DNA of 63,818 nt, the filler included, from Collodictyon triciliatum (taxonomy: Eukaryota), in assembly GCA_043381765.1 (NCBI GenBank). It is 5 parts of 5 records of this genome, joined end to end, with 100 filler letters (N's around TTAATTAATTAA, not from the genome) between each part and the next. Parts side by side here need not be neighbours in the genome. Positions count along the whole stretch, not along the records: positions 1 to 18,996 come from JBHJMP010000233.1; positions 19,097 to 38,391 come from JBHJMP010000235.1; 3 more parts are not named here. The stretch is one strand, 5' to 3'. Numbering within the stretch: the stretch's first letter is position 1; every line of letters starts with the position of its first letter. Below, piece after piece: positions 12,484-23,843 of this stretch. The translations under genes and the position numbers were made by a program. A model generated the notes under the pieces. That model was given only the letters and a program-made list of their open reading frames with translations. It did no database searches and had not been told where the DNA came from.

Positions 12484-13551
12484 ATGTCTCTTCCACGCTC
12501 GGGCTCGTCCAACTACCTCCGCGCGCCGGAGTCAAACGCAGAGGCAAACGCAGGCGCCCCTGGGGACGACCAAGGCCTGCTGGGCAACAGCCTGCAGATC
12601 TGGCAACGCGCGTGCTTTGTGCTGGGGCTCGTTGCGACAGCATCGCTGATTGCGCTGATCATCGTCTCGCTGGACTGCGACTCCGAGCCGGCCTCAAAGT
12701 CAGACGCGGACGCCTGCAGCGGGTCGATCGCATGCCGCAGCACGCTCAACTGCTGCATGCGCGAGGAGTACCTGGTTGCGGCGGAGCAGGCCAAGTTTGG
12801 CATGAGCGAGCAGCGGTCGGAGCTCTTTGACGGCCGCAGCGTGGTGGCCGTGCCTCTGGGCGAGTTCCCGGCCGTGGACTTTGAGGTGCAGCTCCGCAAC
12901 GGCAGCACAGACTCGGGGCTGCCGGGCGAGCGGCTGTCCTTCTGGTTCGACGTGCCTCTGTGGCGGAGCAGCCCGGCCGAGCGCAACGTCGTGGCGATGA
13001 TCTGCGAGATCCCGCGGGGCGCGCGCGCAAAGCTGGAGGTGGCCACGGGCGCAGGACCCGCGCACCCGATCCGGCAGGATCTCAAGGGCGGCGAGCTGCG
13101 CTACACCATCTTTGGCGAGTACTCGTACAACTACGGGGCCCTCCCCCAAACGTGGGAGAACGACACCAGGACGTACTACGGCACGCCGTATGTGGGCGAC
13201 GGCGATCCGCTCGACGTCTACGACCTCTCCATGCGCCCCTGCGCCCCCGGCCAGATCGTCCCCGTCAAGATCCTCGGCGCCATCGGCCTCATCGACTCGG
13301 ACGAGATCGACTGGAAGATCCTGGCCATTGCCCAGGGCGATCCCTACTACTCCCTCCTCAACGACGTCCACGAGATCGACAACCTCCTGCCCCGCGCGCT
13401 CGTCTCCCTCGTCGAGTTTCTGCGCTACTACAAGACCTGCAATGATGGCGTGCCAAATAAGTTTTATGGCGACCCCGTAAAGAACGCCGCCCAGGCCATG
13501 CAGATTGTCGAGGATGCCCACAACGAGTGGCTCACGCTTCTTGCGAGATAG
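12484..13551 (+). CDS. Family I (eukaryote-type) inorganic pyrophosphatase with an N-terminal transmembrane anchor; intronless and GC-rich
   Basis: Motifs CEIPRGARAKLEV, PIRQDLKGGELRY, NYGALPQTWE, GDGDPLDV, KILGAIGLIDSDEIDWKILAI and FLRYYKT. Hydrophobic segment ACFVLGLVATASLIALIIVSL near residues 43-63. ATG at 12484, TAG at 13549. Confidence 0.93.
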   Translation: MSLPRSGSSNYLRAPESNAEANAGAPGDDQGLLGNSLQIWQRACFVLGLVATASLIALIIVSLDCDSEPASKSDADACSGSIACRSTLNCCMREEYLVAAEQAKFGMSEQRSELFDGRSVVAVPLGEFPAVDFEVQLRNGSTDSGLPGERLSFWFDVPLWRSSPAERNVVAMICEIPRGARAKLEVATGAGPAHPIRQDLKGGELRYTIFGEYSYNYGALPQTWENDTRTYYGTPYVGDGDPLDVYDLSMRPCAPGQIVPVKILGAIGLIDSDEIDWKILAIAQGDPYYSLLNDVHEIDNLLPRALVSLVEFLRYYKTCNDGVPNKFYGDPVKNAAQAMQIVEDAHNEWLTLLAR

Positions 13552-14274
13552 GCACATCGGCCGTTCCTTTTCGTTTATCTAGTTGTTTATCTTTTTTTTC
13601 TTTCGCTTTGCTTCGCTTCTTTGTCGTATCTTCTGTCTGCGTTCGTCTCGATTCAGAACTTGGACGATGTGCTTTGTTCCCTTCCCTTCCCTCTGTGGAT
13701 CTCTATCTCGACCTTAAAGTCTTTTTTCTCTTTTTCCCTTATCGTTTGCGCCGCATCATAAATCAGCCTCGCGCTTGGCGTGTAGTCACAAGGAGCTTCC
13801 GCAGAGACTTGCTGGGCACGTGAGTTGGGAGGAGGGGGAGGGGAGTGTGGATAGTAACATATTTGCTCTTGTTCAGCCGCAGACCTGCTTCCAAGAACGA
13901 CTCTATCCATATACCCGAGTCCATGCTGACAAAAACGAAGCGAGTGCCCTTGGGAATGCTAATCGGCAATGCAATTAAAGCTTCTGTGGGGAGGACGTTA
14001 GCCGCAGTGTTTCTTTAATGAGATGGAATTTGTGGTTGCTGGATTTGTGGCAGGGGCGATGCGAGAGGGGGAAAAGAAAAATGTCAGCAACGATGAGAGA
14101 CACTGGAAAAGAAGGTGGAGAAGGAGAGGGAAAAAGAAAACGAGTGTTCGTCTGAAGCTGTGGGATTTCATTCGACAGCGCTGAAGTCGTGTTCGTGTGG
14201 ACTGCCTGCACGGTCACTCCGGTGGCTGCGCAACGACCGATGAAATAATCAGCAGATGTGTATCTTGCAGGCGT

Positions 14275-16998
14275 TTACAGCCACTCGAGATTGCACGCCT
14301 CAATCACTTTGCGAAGGGTGCAGAAGACTTCCTCGGCAGGTTTCTCAAACTCGTCTGTGGGGAGGTAGAGTGTGACGAAATGGGCTATGCAAAAGGCAGA
14401 TTGGTTGCGCGAGATGTGAGAGATAGAAAGAAAAGAAAAGGAAAAAAAATATGCCGCGCGGTGGGCAAGCAACCAAAGCACCAACAGGACAAAGGAATCG
14501 GTCGGCAAACCCACCCAGAATGTTGCACGGCTTGAAGTTCTCGGAGACCCACGGGCGGATTCTGCTGAGGAAGTCGGTAGTTGTGGGTCGCAGAATTGCC
14601 TCCCAATCGAATTGGATGCCCTTGGGCACTTGGGCGTCAATCTGTCAGAGTATGAGCAAGGTGGAGTCAGGCGATGATGGATGGATGGATGGATGGATGG
14701 ATGGATGGATGGATGGATGGATGGATGGATGGATGGATGGATGGATGGAGCTTGTTTATGTTCCTCTATTTTTTTTCTCCTTTCCTTTTCTTTCCTTTCT
14801 TTTTTCCTTTCTTTTCTTTATCAAACTTTATGCTTTTTTGTGTGCTAGGAATGAATAGACAAACCTCGAAGCCTAAGGCCAAGAACAGTGCATGGAAAGT
14901 GCAGTACCCAAGAGCGGCTGTACCACGAGAAAGAGGCATGAAGTTATACCAATAGAATGACAATATCAGCACATGGTCAATCAGCCTATTACGGTCGAAT
15001 TTAGTATTTTAATGCAAATAAAAAAATATAAATAAATAACGTGCGGGCGTTCATATGAAAACAGTGACATTTGCCTGTTGTTAATATTTTCACCACAATT
15101 TTGATAGGACAGAAAAAAGTAAAATATTCATATGCACTTGTCCATGTCACGGTCTTCCTTCCTAGCCTCTTCAATAATAATGTTCCAAATATAATTTAAT
15201 TCCTCATCATACTCCTACATATACCAGAAAAATGTAGTGTTTGTGAGCAGATTCGTAGAAATCCACTGAAAGGGAAAACAGGACCAAAGTTGGTGGTTAT
15301 TAGCCTCAATTTGGTAAGATGGGCGTAGAATCCGCACCCAAATTACATCTTATTATAACAAAACAAAGAATAAAACAAAGACGAAAAAACGATGGCTAGC
15401 GAACCAAAGCCAGCATCTCCACCATCCTGCACAAAATTGAAAGGAAAAATAAAAAAAACAAAGACGAAAAAGTCACACCTTCCATCTGGGCGGGGTTCCA
15501 GGCGTTCTAATGGAAAAGTCAAACCCTTCTGGTGGGAGTCCCTATCATTCAATGAATTTAGGAATACAACCAGATAACACTTGAGAGATGCGCTTTAGTA
15601 ATATTCATAAGTAAAAGCAAACGATAAAACTCTACCTGCACAGTGAGGCGGGTTCCTTCCATCCTCTTGCCAGGATATTTTGTGGAATAGCACGGTGTAA
15701 TAACCCAGAAATCACGGCTCATGAGGTCGTATAAGTCACCGATGTATTTGGCACCTTGAAATGAAGGGGGAAATGTAAGCACATAAAAATGAAAGAAAAG
15801 AAAATAGATAGGCCTGATAACTATCCATAATATACAATACAAAAAGGAAGTAAATAATGTTGCATCGCAAAAAGCTCAGGGTTGAACCATTCTTGATATG
15901 TATTCTTACGCTTGATGAGAGCAGCAATCCTGGGTGTTGGGTTGCATGTCTCGATGAGCTCTTTCTTCATAACCTCTGAAATTTACGACGATCTTTAGAA
16001 TGAGTGAAATATGAAAAGACGACACAAGATTGTCTTTGTGGTAATAAACAAACCGAGAGAAAGTCCGGCATACGGGTAGTAACGAACAACGTGCACTTGT
16101 CCAGTAACCATGGGTGTCTAAAAGTAAAGTTGGTCTTGGCTATCTGAATTGTACTTCGCAACAATATATGAAATTCGATAAATGACTGAGAAGGGTGAAG
16201 TTTGTTAGGCTTATATTCTCCTTTTGTACCTGTGAACCGAATCCTTCGATGAATTGCTCGGGACTAAGCATATCAATCCACCATACCGAGTCGTTGGGCT
16301 ACATCAATATTTTACGAGTGAGCACGTGTTTAGCGTACTTACACGTTGTATAACTTTATGGTCCATTTCGCTGGTTTTGTTTTTTTTTATCTTTTACCTC
16401 AGAGTATTGTCTCCATTTGATTCCAACATCCAAGAAATCACGATATGTGAATGGATGCGGCTACACCCAAAGAAAGTTTGTATTTTGGGAGCGAATTCAG
16501 TTATATTGAAAGAAATTATTGTGTTTGCGCGAGGTAAATCTAAACCAGAAATTGGAACGAACGAAAATGATGTTACATTGATATCGTAGCTGCTCGTCTT
16601 TCCAGTAGCCATGTAAACATCCTTGCTTTTGAATATTTCATTGGCAACTTGGGCCATCTATTCGTTACAGTGAGTACAGATATGCAGATATATATATTTT
16701 TTTTCGTCTTACTTAATTATACACTTAAAACTCCATGACTTGGTTTTGGTGCAAAGTATTTGATAAAAACCTCGATAATGGCGAAGCCACATGACCTCTA
16801 TGGCAGCAATTTTCGGTAAGATGAGTGTTAAAAAAAAAAAAAAAAGGAAAGAAGGAAAATAAAAAAAATATTGAAAATTGAAAAGAAAAAAAAAATAANN
16901 NNNNNNNNNNNNNNNNNNNNNNNNNNNNNNNNNNNNNNNNNNNNNNNNNNNNNNNNNNNNNNNNNNNNNNNNNNNNNNNNNNNNNNNNNNNNNNNNNN

Positions 16999-17072
<74 letters not shown>

Positions 17073-18996
17073 GGAAGGGAAGTTACTAAATTATCGAATA
17101 TTACAATAATATAAAATATTAATTCAACATAATAGTATATCAAAAGGCGGAACTCATGGGTGAGGAAATAAGGTTAATTACCTGCTGGCGAACATTGTTT
17201 AGAAATCCTTGTGTATTCAACATCATCTTTGTTCCAAACTTCTTGGAGGCATTAAGATATCGATCTTTGTATACGTAGAATTTGATGAGATTTCAGTTTT
17301 AATTTCGAAGGCAAAATGAATTTTAAATGTAAAATGTAATTAACACAAAAGATATATGGGTAATGTTTAAAAAAAAAGCTCGCGATTGGGGCATTAAGTG
17401 CTAACTGATTAGTGGGTCATCTGTTGTGGCAGAGAATACAACATCAGGGATGGATGAGTCGTAGATTTGTTTCTTGTAATTAGCTATAAAAAAATATGTG
17501 TTAAAAAAAAACAGCTGGGAATGAACCAGAATCACACATAGTTTAATAATCGCTGGATTTTCATGAGTATACGCTGAATATTTGACTTCAATACACTTTG
17601 ACAATTTTCACATCGAAAACCTACGCAATGATTCCGGTGCATGCTTTTTACACCAACCCTCCTTAAAGTGCCTGTGTAATTCCATATCCATGTTGAAGGT
17701 TCGCAAGTCAGTGTCCAGTCGGTTGTGTTGATAGATAGCACATTCGCGCTGAGGTATAGCCCAAGCGAGCAACAGTTAGCCAAATGAATCGGGGGAAAAA
17801 AAAAATAGAACAACATCTTATGATTATATTTTACTAACATACCTGATACCAGGCCACGTGAGATGGGTTTCCAGCGACTAGCTTTTCATATTCGTTGCAT
17901 GCAAATGCGTGTTGGCCCTACACAAAGCCGCGGGTAGAATGATAGTGATTTGTTTCCATGTTACATCAATTTGCGTTTCAGACTAATTTATTATAGATAC
18001 ACGCTTTTCTTCCCTCTTTTTTTTATTTCGTAGAATCTAGGAGCATCATGATGGTATTGCATAGTTACCAGTCCGTGGTGTGCGACAGCTCTCATATGTA
18101 TGGCTTCATTGTAGTTGGGATCAATTTCAAGAACTTTCGAGAAGTTAGTGATTGCTTCCGTGTATCGTCCGGTGCCGTAACTATTTGAAACAAATGTATT
18201 AAGGTAGACGAAAGTGCATTACGTTGTATATATCCTTCCTTTCGTTTATTGCAGAGCATAGCTATTTCAAGTTTGTCTAGAAGTAGATAAGTGCATTACA
18301 AGGCCATCGCGTAAATATGGCGCAACTGTGCATGATTGGGGTCGAGTTCGATGCCCTATAATTAATCCATCTTATTAACTCCCTTGCTTCCCAATTGTAT
18401 CAAAAATGATTAAATGATTTTCTGTGGGTAATCTACTATCATTTATATACCCTCTCCAAATATGTCTTGGAGTTCTCGAAATCACCGTAATCCTTGTATG
18501 CCTAGGGATTTGCAATTAAGTTGGGCACTCAAAACTTACCATAATTGAAAATGAAAATTCATTTTGTGTTGTTTTTTTTTTAATTTAATAGATTTTGATT
18601 ATTTTTATCTTTTGAACCTGTCCAATGCTGATATATGGGTCTCGAATATTAGGGTCCATTTCTAAGAGGCGCTTGTAGTATTCGATTCCCTAGTCGTGAG
18701 TTCGTGTGATTTGGGTGGGACTATTTCGCTTAAGATATGTATTCGAGTAGAGGGCAATATTTATTGAATTAATCTCAACCACAAGGACGTTTCCGGTGGA
18801 ATACTCGTTCAAAGCCAGAAAACCAATGACACTGCGGCAAAAAAAAAAAATTGAAAATATAAGCAATTTGCAAATTTGGAGTCTAGGTTGGTAAAGTACT
18901 ACATTTTTTCATTTGATATATTAGAGGAAAATAAAACATTTTGCTATCCGGCTCAAATTCATAGGCCTTTCGGAAGTCTGCCAATGCACGGCGGTA
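14275..18996 (-). CDS. TTC13: TPR protein TTC13 / plant SRFR1 homologue; 5' end truncated at a contig linker
   Basis: TPR exons ([29 protein letters not shown]) are followed by the TTC13/SRFR1 C-terminal signature [55 protein letters not shown]. The last exon [26 protein letters not shown] ends at TAA 14275-14277. Confidence 0.88.
14675..14748. repeat. (GGAT)n intronic microsatellite in TTC13
   Basis: Directly visible. Confidence 0.95.
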
Positions 18997-19096
18997 NNNN
19001 NNNNNNNNNNNNNNNNNNNNNNNNNNNNNNNNNNNNNNNNTTAATTAATTAANNNNNNNNNNNNNNNNNNNNNNNNNNNNNNNNNNNNNNNNNNNN
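18997..19096. other. Artificial contig linker (N run + TTAATTAATTAA + N run)
   Basis: The 12-mer at 19041-19052 places stops in all six frames and sits inside Ns. TTC13 is cut off on its left. Confidence 0.9.
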
Positions 19097-19312
19097 TTTC
19101 TTTTCTTTTCTTTTCTTTTCTTTTCTTTTCTTTTCTTTTCTTTTCTTTTCTTTTCTTTTCTTTTCTTTTCTTTTCTTTTCTTTTCTTTTCTCCGAGAGAC
19201 CTTTCACTTCCCAGACCTCGTGCGATTAGAAATAAATGAGGCCTAGAAAAGAGCCACTGGCGAGGTCGTTTAATTTTTTAACGTTCGCATACTGCTTTTT
19301 TTTTTTTTAGAA

Positions 19313-21606
19313 ATGTCAGACATCGATACCCGTTTCACTACTGCGATCGGACTACTTCAGGATGCATATGTTGGAAAGGTAGTTGGTTGTGTCTAGATGT
19401 GCTATCCGATCCTCGAAAACAAGAACAACTGCTGCAGTATCCTCTGTTAATTGTCTTTCAAGGGACTTGAAATATTAGCAACCTAAAGTGTAGCATATGA
19501 TGATTTTTTTTTTAAACTATAATTCTTATCTTTTTCTTCTTAGACTCAGATCCTCCAAGGAGAACTCGGTCGTTGCCAGCAGGTTCACCAGCATAACTCA
19601 GACAAGGTACTTTGGAGGTCTAGTATCGCGTGTATTGTTTGCAGGGTTTTATTTGTCATTTTTCATTTTTTTTGAATGTTATAAGGAATTGTTAATCTTA
19701 AATCATTTAGATATCTTCTTTGGAGGACGAATCACGAAGCTATAGTCGCAAACTAAAGGATTTGGAAGCTCAGCTGAACGAGCTCCGACGTGAAAATGAA
19801 TATCTGCTTGACTCTAGGTCCAAGGTTACTGAAAAGTATAACCTGCTGAAGCAACATTCTCTCCAGCTGCAGTCAATCCGCAAGGTTTTTTTTTTTTTGG
19901 AGATCATTTTCATCGATATAATATTAATATTATATTATTAGATAATTTATTGTTCTGAAACATGTTTTTTTATGAACCCTCAGCAAATTGCATCTATGGT
20001 TAGCATTGACATTTCAGCTGACCCTATCCCTGATTTATCAGTGTCTCCAGTGAGAGGTATATTTTGAAGCGCCTTGGACTCTATATTCGAATGTATTTTA
20101 CTTTCGCATGCACAGTTCAATTTTTCAATATGACTTTGTGTAAACCTGATGGTCTGCATGTACTTGTTATACATTTGTATTTAAACCTTACCTTTCCTTT
20201 CCTTTCCTTTTTTTTTTTCCTTCCAAAACCAGATTCAACAAAATTGTCGCCGTTGAGATCGACATCCCCAAGTCACGCCAACTTCAGTTTGATGTAAGTC
20301 GATATGTAGTGAGATAGTCCCATGTATTTTGAAGGTGAATTCAAAAAAAAAAAAAGAGTTAAGTTTGGAAAAAAAGGAGGCGAGTCAATTTAGTTATTTT
20401 CTTAAACACACATTAGAAACAGTCGTGGCAACATGTCAAGCGGCGGATTCTCTTCGGTATGTAATATTCGTATGGAAAAAACATATAAAATACACCAAAG
20501 TGATAAGGCTTATGAAAGGAATGTTGTCATTTGTATTTAAAATTCTATATTTTGAAGTAGTCTTTTGAGAGCGATGTTCCATAGGAGTTATTTAATTTTG
20601 AGACAACAAAAATCCCTAACACTTTTTTTTTTTTGGAAAATGATGTAACAAACAACTTTTACCTGCATGGATAAAAAAATAAATAAACAAATATGTTGTA
20701 TCAACCAGGGTAAATATCCAAAATCAATCATCATGGATTACTTATTTACAGGGTGCATACTTTGTTTATCTGATGAACACCCACACTTTATGATACTTCT
20801 TTTTCTCTCATTAACCTCAAAGCACGTATGTCTACATCACCGTATCGCTCAGCGACAATTTCGACAGATTTGTACGTCGACCCAGATGTATATTTCGCTC
20901 AGGTTTGTTTCCGTCTTTCTACTACTTAATTTAAAATTAGTTTAACTCCGAATAACTCCTGCTGTATCACCGAATTATGTCGATATATATTCCAAGAAAA
21001 AGCAAATGAAAGCACTAAGAATTTCTTTTCAAAAACTAACGCCGATTCCTCCTACTCACCATTTTTGAGCATCTTACTATGCCTAGTGATGCCAAATAAA
21101 GCTATAATAACTCATACACGAGCAATTTTCACAAACAACAGGTTAAGCGTGTGTTAGATCCGCAAGAATTTGCAGAGTTTTCGTCAAACATCAAGCGCCT
21201 CAACAGCGGGTCTCAAGTAACACTATATATTCGCATTAAAATATACAAAACAAAAATGTAGGGATTGTAATTTTTTTTTTCATGTTTTGAAACAAAGAGA
21301 CGACTATGTACATATTTTGTTACTCAACCATTCCAAGAACATTTCTCCCCCCTTTTATTCGAATCATGCCAAGAACATAGTGAACATTCATATAAATACA
21401 TTTATTCTTCTTTTAATATATTTTTAATAAAGAAAACAACTGAGATATTGCCCCCTTTCCCTTGCGCTTTATTTCTTACCTTGCAATTGTGAACATAGTC
21501 CATCGAAACCACCTTGGAGCGTGCCCGAGCCATCCTTGGAGAATCCAGGCCGTTCCTGTTTTCCCAGTTCCAAACGCTGGTGAAGCAATCCACGCTGAGA
21601 GCCTAA
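19313..21606 (+). CDS. At4g15545-like coiled-coil protein
   Basis: Spliced: MSDIDTRFTTAIGLLQDAYVGK..., coiled coil (LKDLEAQLNELRRENEYLL), then VDPDVYFAQ|VKRVLDPQEFAEFSSNIKRLNSGSQ|SIETTLERARAILGESRPFLFSQFQTLV. This resembles the family's C-terminal pattern VDGKEFFRQ..LSYEQFSAFLANIKELN...EETL..A..IFG...LY..F..L. Stop TAA at 21604-21606. Confidence 0.75.
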
Positions 21607-22008
21607 CTGCCCCATGCACCATCCCCACGTGGAGTCCGCCACCAACCACTTTGGATGTGAGCGTTGCTTTATCTCCACCACCCGGGCTCATACCCGAGCG
21701 CAAACAATATTAAAGAGCACAAGACTCACAGACCCCACCGCAGCCAGCCACTCCTTCCACATAAGGATCTACAGGGGGAAAAAATCCTCGACATCCCCAT
21801 ACTAAGGAGCATACAGAAAAGACACGGAGACGCGACCCCAATCTGGACGAGCCACGCAAAACTACGCAATCCCGTTCGGTCATTTTCCACTTCGCGAAAC
21901 CGTCCAACCGTGTTGATCAAATTTTTAATTCCACGCGCCAGCAAGTTAGGGCAGAAAAACGAAAGAAAACAAACAAAAAAACGCCCAGGCGACTCTGTAT
22001 AAACGCAT

Positions 22009-22081
22009 GAGAGAAAGAGAAAGAGAAAGAGAAAGAGAAAGAGAAAGAGACAGAAACGATAAGAGAAAGAGAAAGAGAGAG
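22009..22081. repeat. (GAGAAA)n purine tract upstream of nvd
   Basis: Directly visible. Confidence 0.85.
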
Positions 22082-22129
22082 CCACTGAAAGACCGCAGAA
22101 GGCTTCTTCAGGCAACAAGGACGGCGAGG

Positions 22130-23670
22130 ATGCTGCCTTCTTCAACAACGACCGCGGCGCTGGCTGTGGCGGCGTGCTCGCTGCTGGGACCGCGGGTGGC
22201 ACCGCATCTTGCAGGATGGACGCACGTGCTGGGGGAGTCTGGACACGCGGCGTGGGCGTGGCTGGGCGCGGATGTGGCGGGGGCGCTGTTTGTGGCTATG
22301 GCTGTGGTGGTCACTGTGGCTGTGGTGCACGCGCTGCTGTGGCTGGGGCGGCTGCTGTTTGCGGAGGAGTACATCGAGCGGCGACTCGGGGCGGTGGAGG
22401 CGTCGGAGCGGGTGCTGCACTCGATCACGCCGGACAGCCACAGCCACAGCCACAGCCACAGCCACGGACAGGTGCAGCTGCACGGGCGCGATGCCGGGGC
22501 CGTCCCGCCGCCGTACCCGAACTCGTGGTTCCGGGTGCTGCTGAGCCGGGATCTGCCGGCCGGGCGCGTGGTGCACGTGGAGGCGCTCGGGCAGCACATC
22601 GCGCTGTACCGCGGCACAGACGGGGTCGCCTACGCCCTGGACGCCTACTGCCCGCACCTCGGGGCCAATCTCGCCGTGGGCGGCTCCGTGCGCGGCGCAA
22701 ACCTCGTGTGCCCGTTCCACGCCTGGGAGTTCCGCGGCGGCGACGGCGGCTGCGCACACATCCCATATGCGGCATCCACGCGCGGCGCCCCGCCAGACTT
22801 TGCGCGCGTCCAGTGCTGGCACGTCTGCGAGGTCAACGACCTGGTGCATCTGTGGTACGACGCGGAGAAGCGCCCGCCCTCCTGGACGCCGCCGGCCCTG
22901 CGCGACATGGCGGCCGGGGCGCGCTTCACGCTGCACGGGCACTCGCTGCACCACGTGCGCGCGCACATCCAGGTGAGAGCTCCCGCCGACGCAGACATGC
23001 CTAATTAGGAATCATTCGTCCTTTTCCCAAACGCGTGACTGACACCCGCGAGGGGGGCGCGTGCGCACCATAGGAGATGCCGGAGAACGGGGCGGACACG
23101 GCGCACCTGAACGCGCTGCACGAGGCGTTTGTGGTGCGGGCGCTGGCGGGGGTGGTGCGGCACGAGTGGGAGGCGTCGTGGGAGGGGCAGGCGGCGCCCG
23201 AGGAGCACATGGCGCGGATCCGCGTGCGGCAGCATGTGCGGCTGCTGGGGCGGGCGGTGGGGCCGCTGTTTCTGGACGTGCAGATCCAGCAGGCGGGGCC
23301 CGGGCTGGTCTACCTGCACTTCGCCACGGCCTTTGGGCGCATCGCCATCTCCGAGACTGTGCTGCCGCTCGCGCCGCTGCTGCAGGACGTGCGCCACTAC
23401 GTCTGGGCCGAGCGCTCCGTCCCGCGCTTTGTGGCCAAGCTTGCCTTCCGCGGCATGCTGGCCCAGTTCGAGCGCGACGTCCCCGTCTGGAACCACAAGA
23501 CGTACCTGCCCAGGCCCCTGCTGCTCAAGGACGACGGGCCCATCGGCCGCTACCGCCGCTGGTTCGCCCGCTTCTACTCCGAGAACAGCGTCCGCTTCGA
23601 CGCCGCCTCTGCAACCCCGACACCCCACGCCTGCCCCGCTGCGGCCACGGCCACGGCCCCGGACTACTGA
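22130..23670 (+). CDS. nvd: Rieske-domain cholesterol 7-desaturase (Neverland/DAF-36 family); exons 22130-22972 and 23074-23670
   Basis: N-terminal TM segments, PPPYPNSWF, Rieske motif DAYCPHLGANL...VCPFHAWEF and the non-heme Fe motif HIQ|EMPENGADTAHLNALH across a 101-nt GT-AG intron. C-terminal FERDVPVWNHKTY..PLLLKDDGPIGRYRRWFARFYSENS. Confidence 0.93.
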
Positions 23671-23843
23671 CTCTGCTCTGCCCTCAATACACCCGCCTAT
23701 ATCTATCGCCGTGCCGCCCCGTGTGCGGTGACCGCAGTGCCCTTTGATCAGCGCGTGTGATCTGTTGTGATCTGTTGTGATTTGTTGTGATCTGCTCTGA
23801 TCTGCCTGGCGGTCTGTCCCCACCTCTGCGCAGCGTGCGTGCG

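Noticed and set aside
12513-13557. Long antisense and alternative-frame ORFs over the PPase (and over nvd, 22108-24208)
   Set aside because: Shadow ORFs are expected from extreme GC3, and they show no motifs.
22007-22129. MRERERE... N-terminal extension of the nvd ORF
   Set aside because: It is a translation of the (GAGAAA)n tract. ATG 22130 gives a normal TM-Rieske protein. Not fully excluded.
12484-23670. Recent bacterial horizontal transfer of the GC-rich PPase and nvd genes
   Set aside because: The PPase is the eukaryote type, nvd has a spliceosomal intron, and the GC elevation continues into native CPSF1, TTC13 and VAC14 exons.
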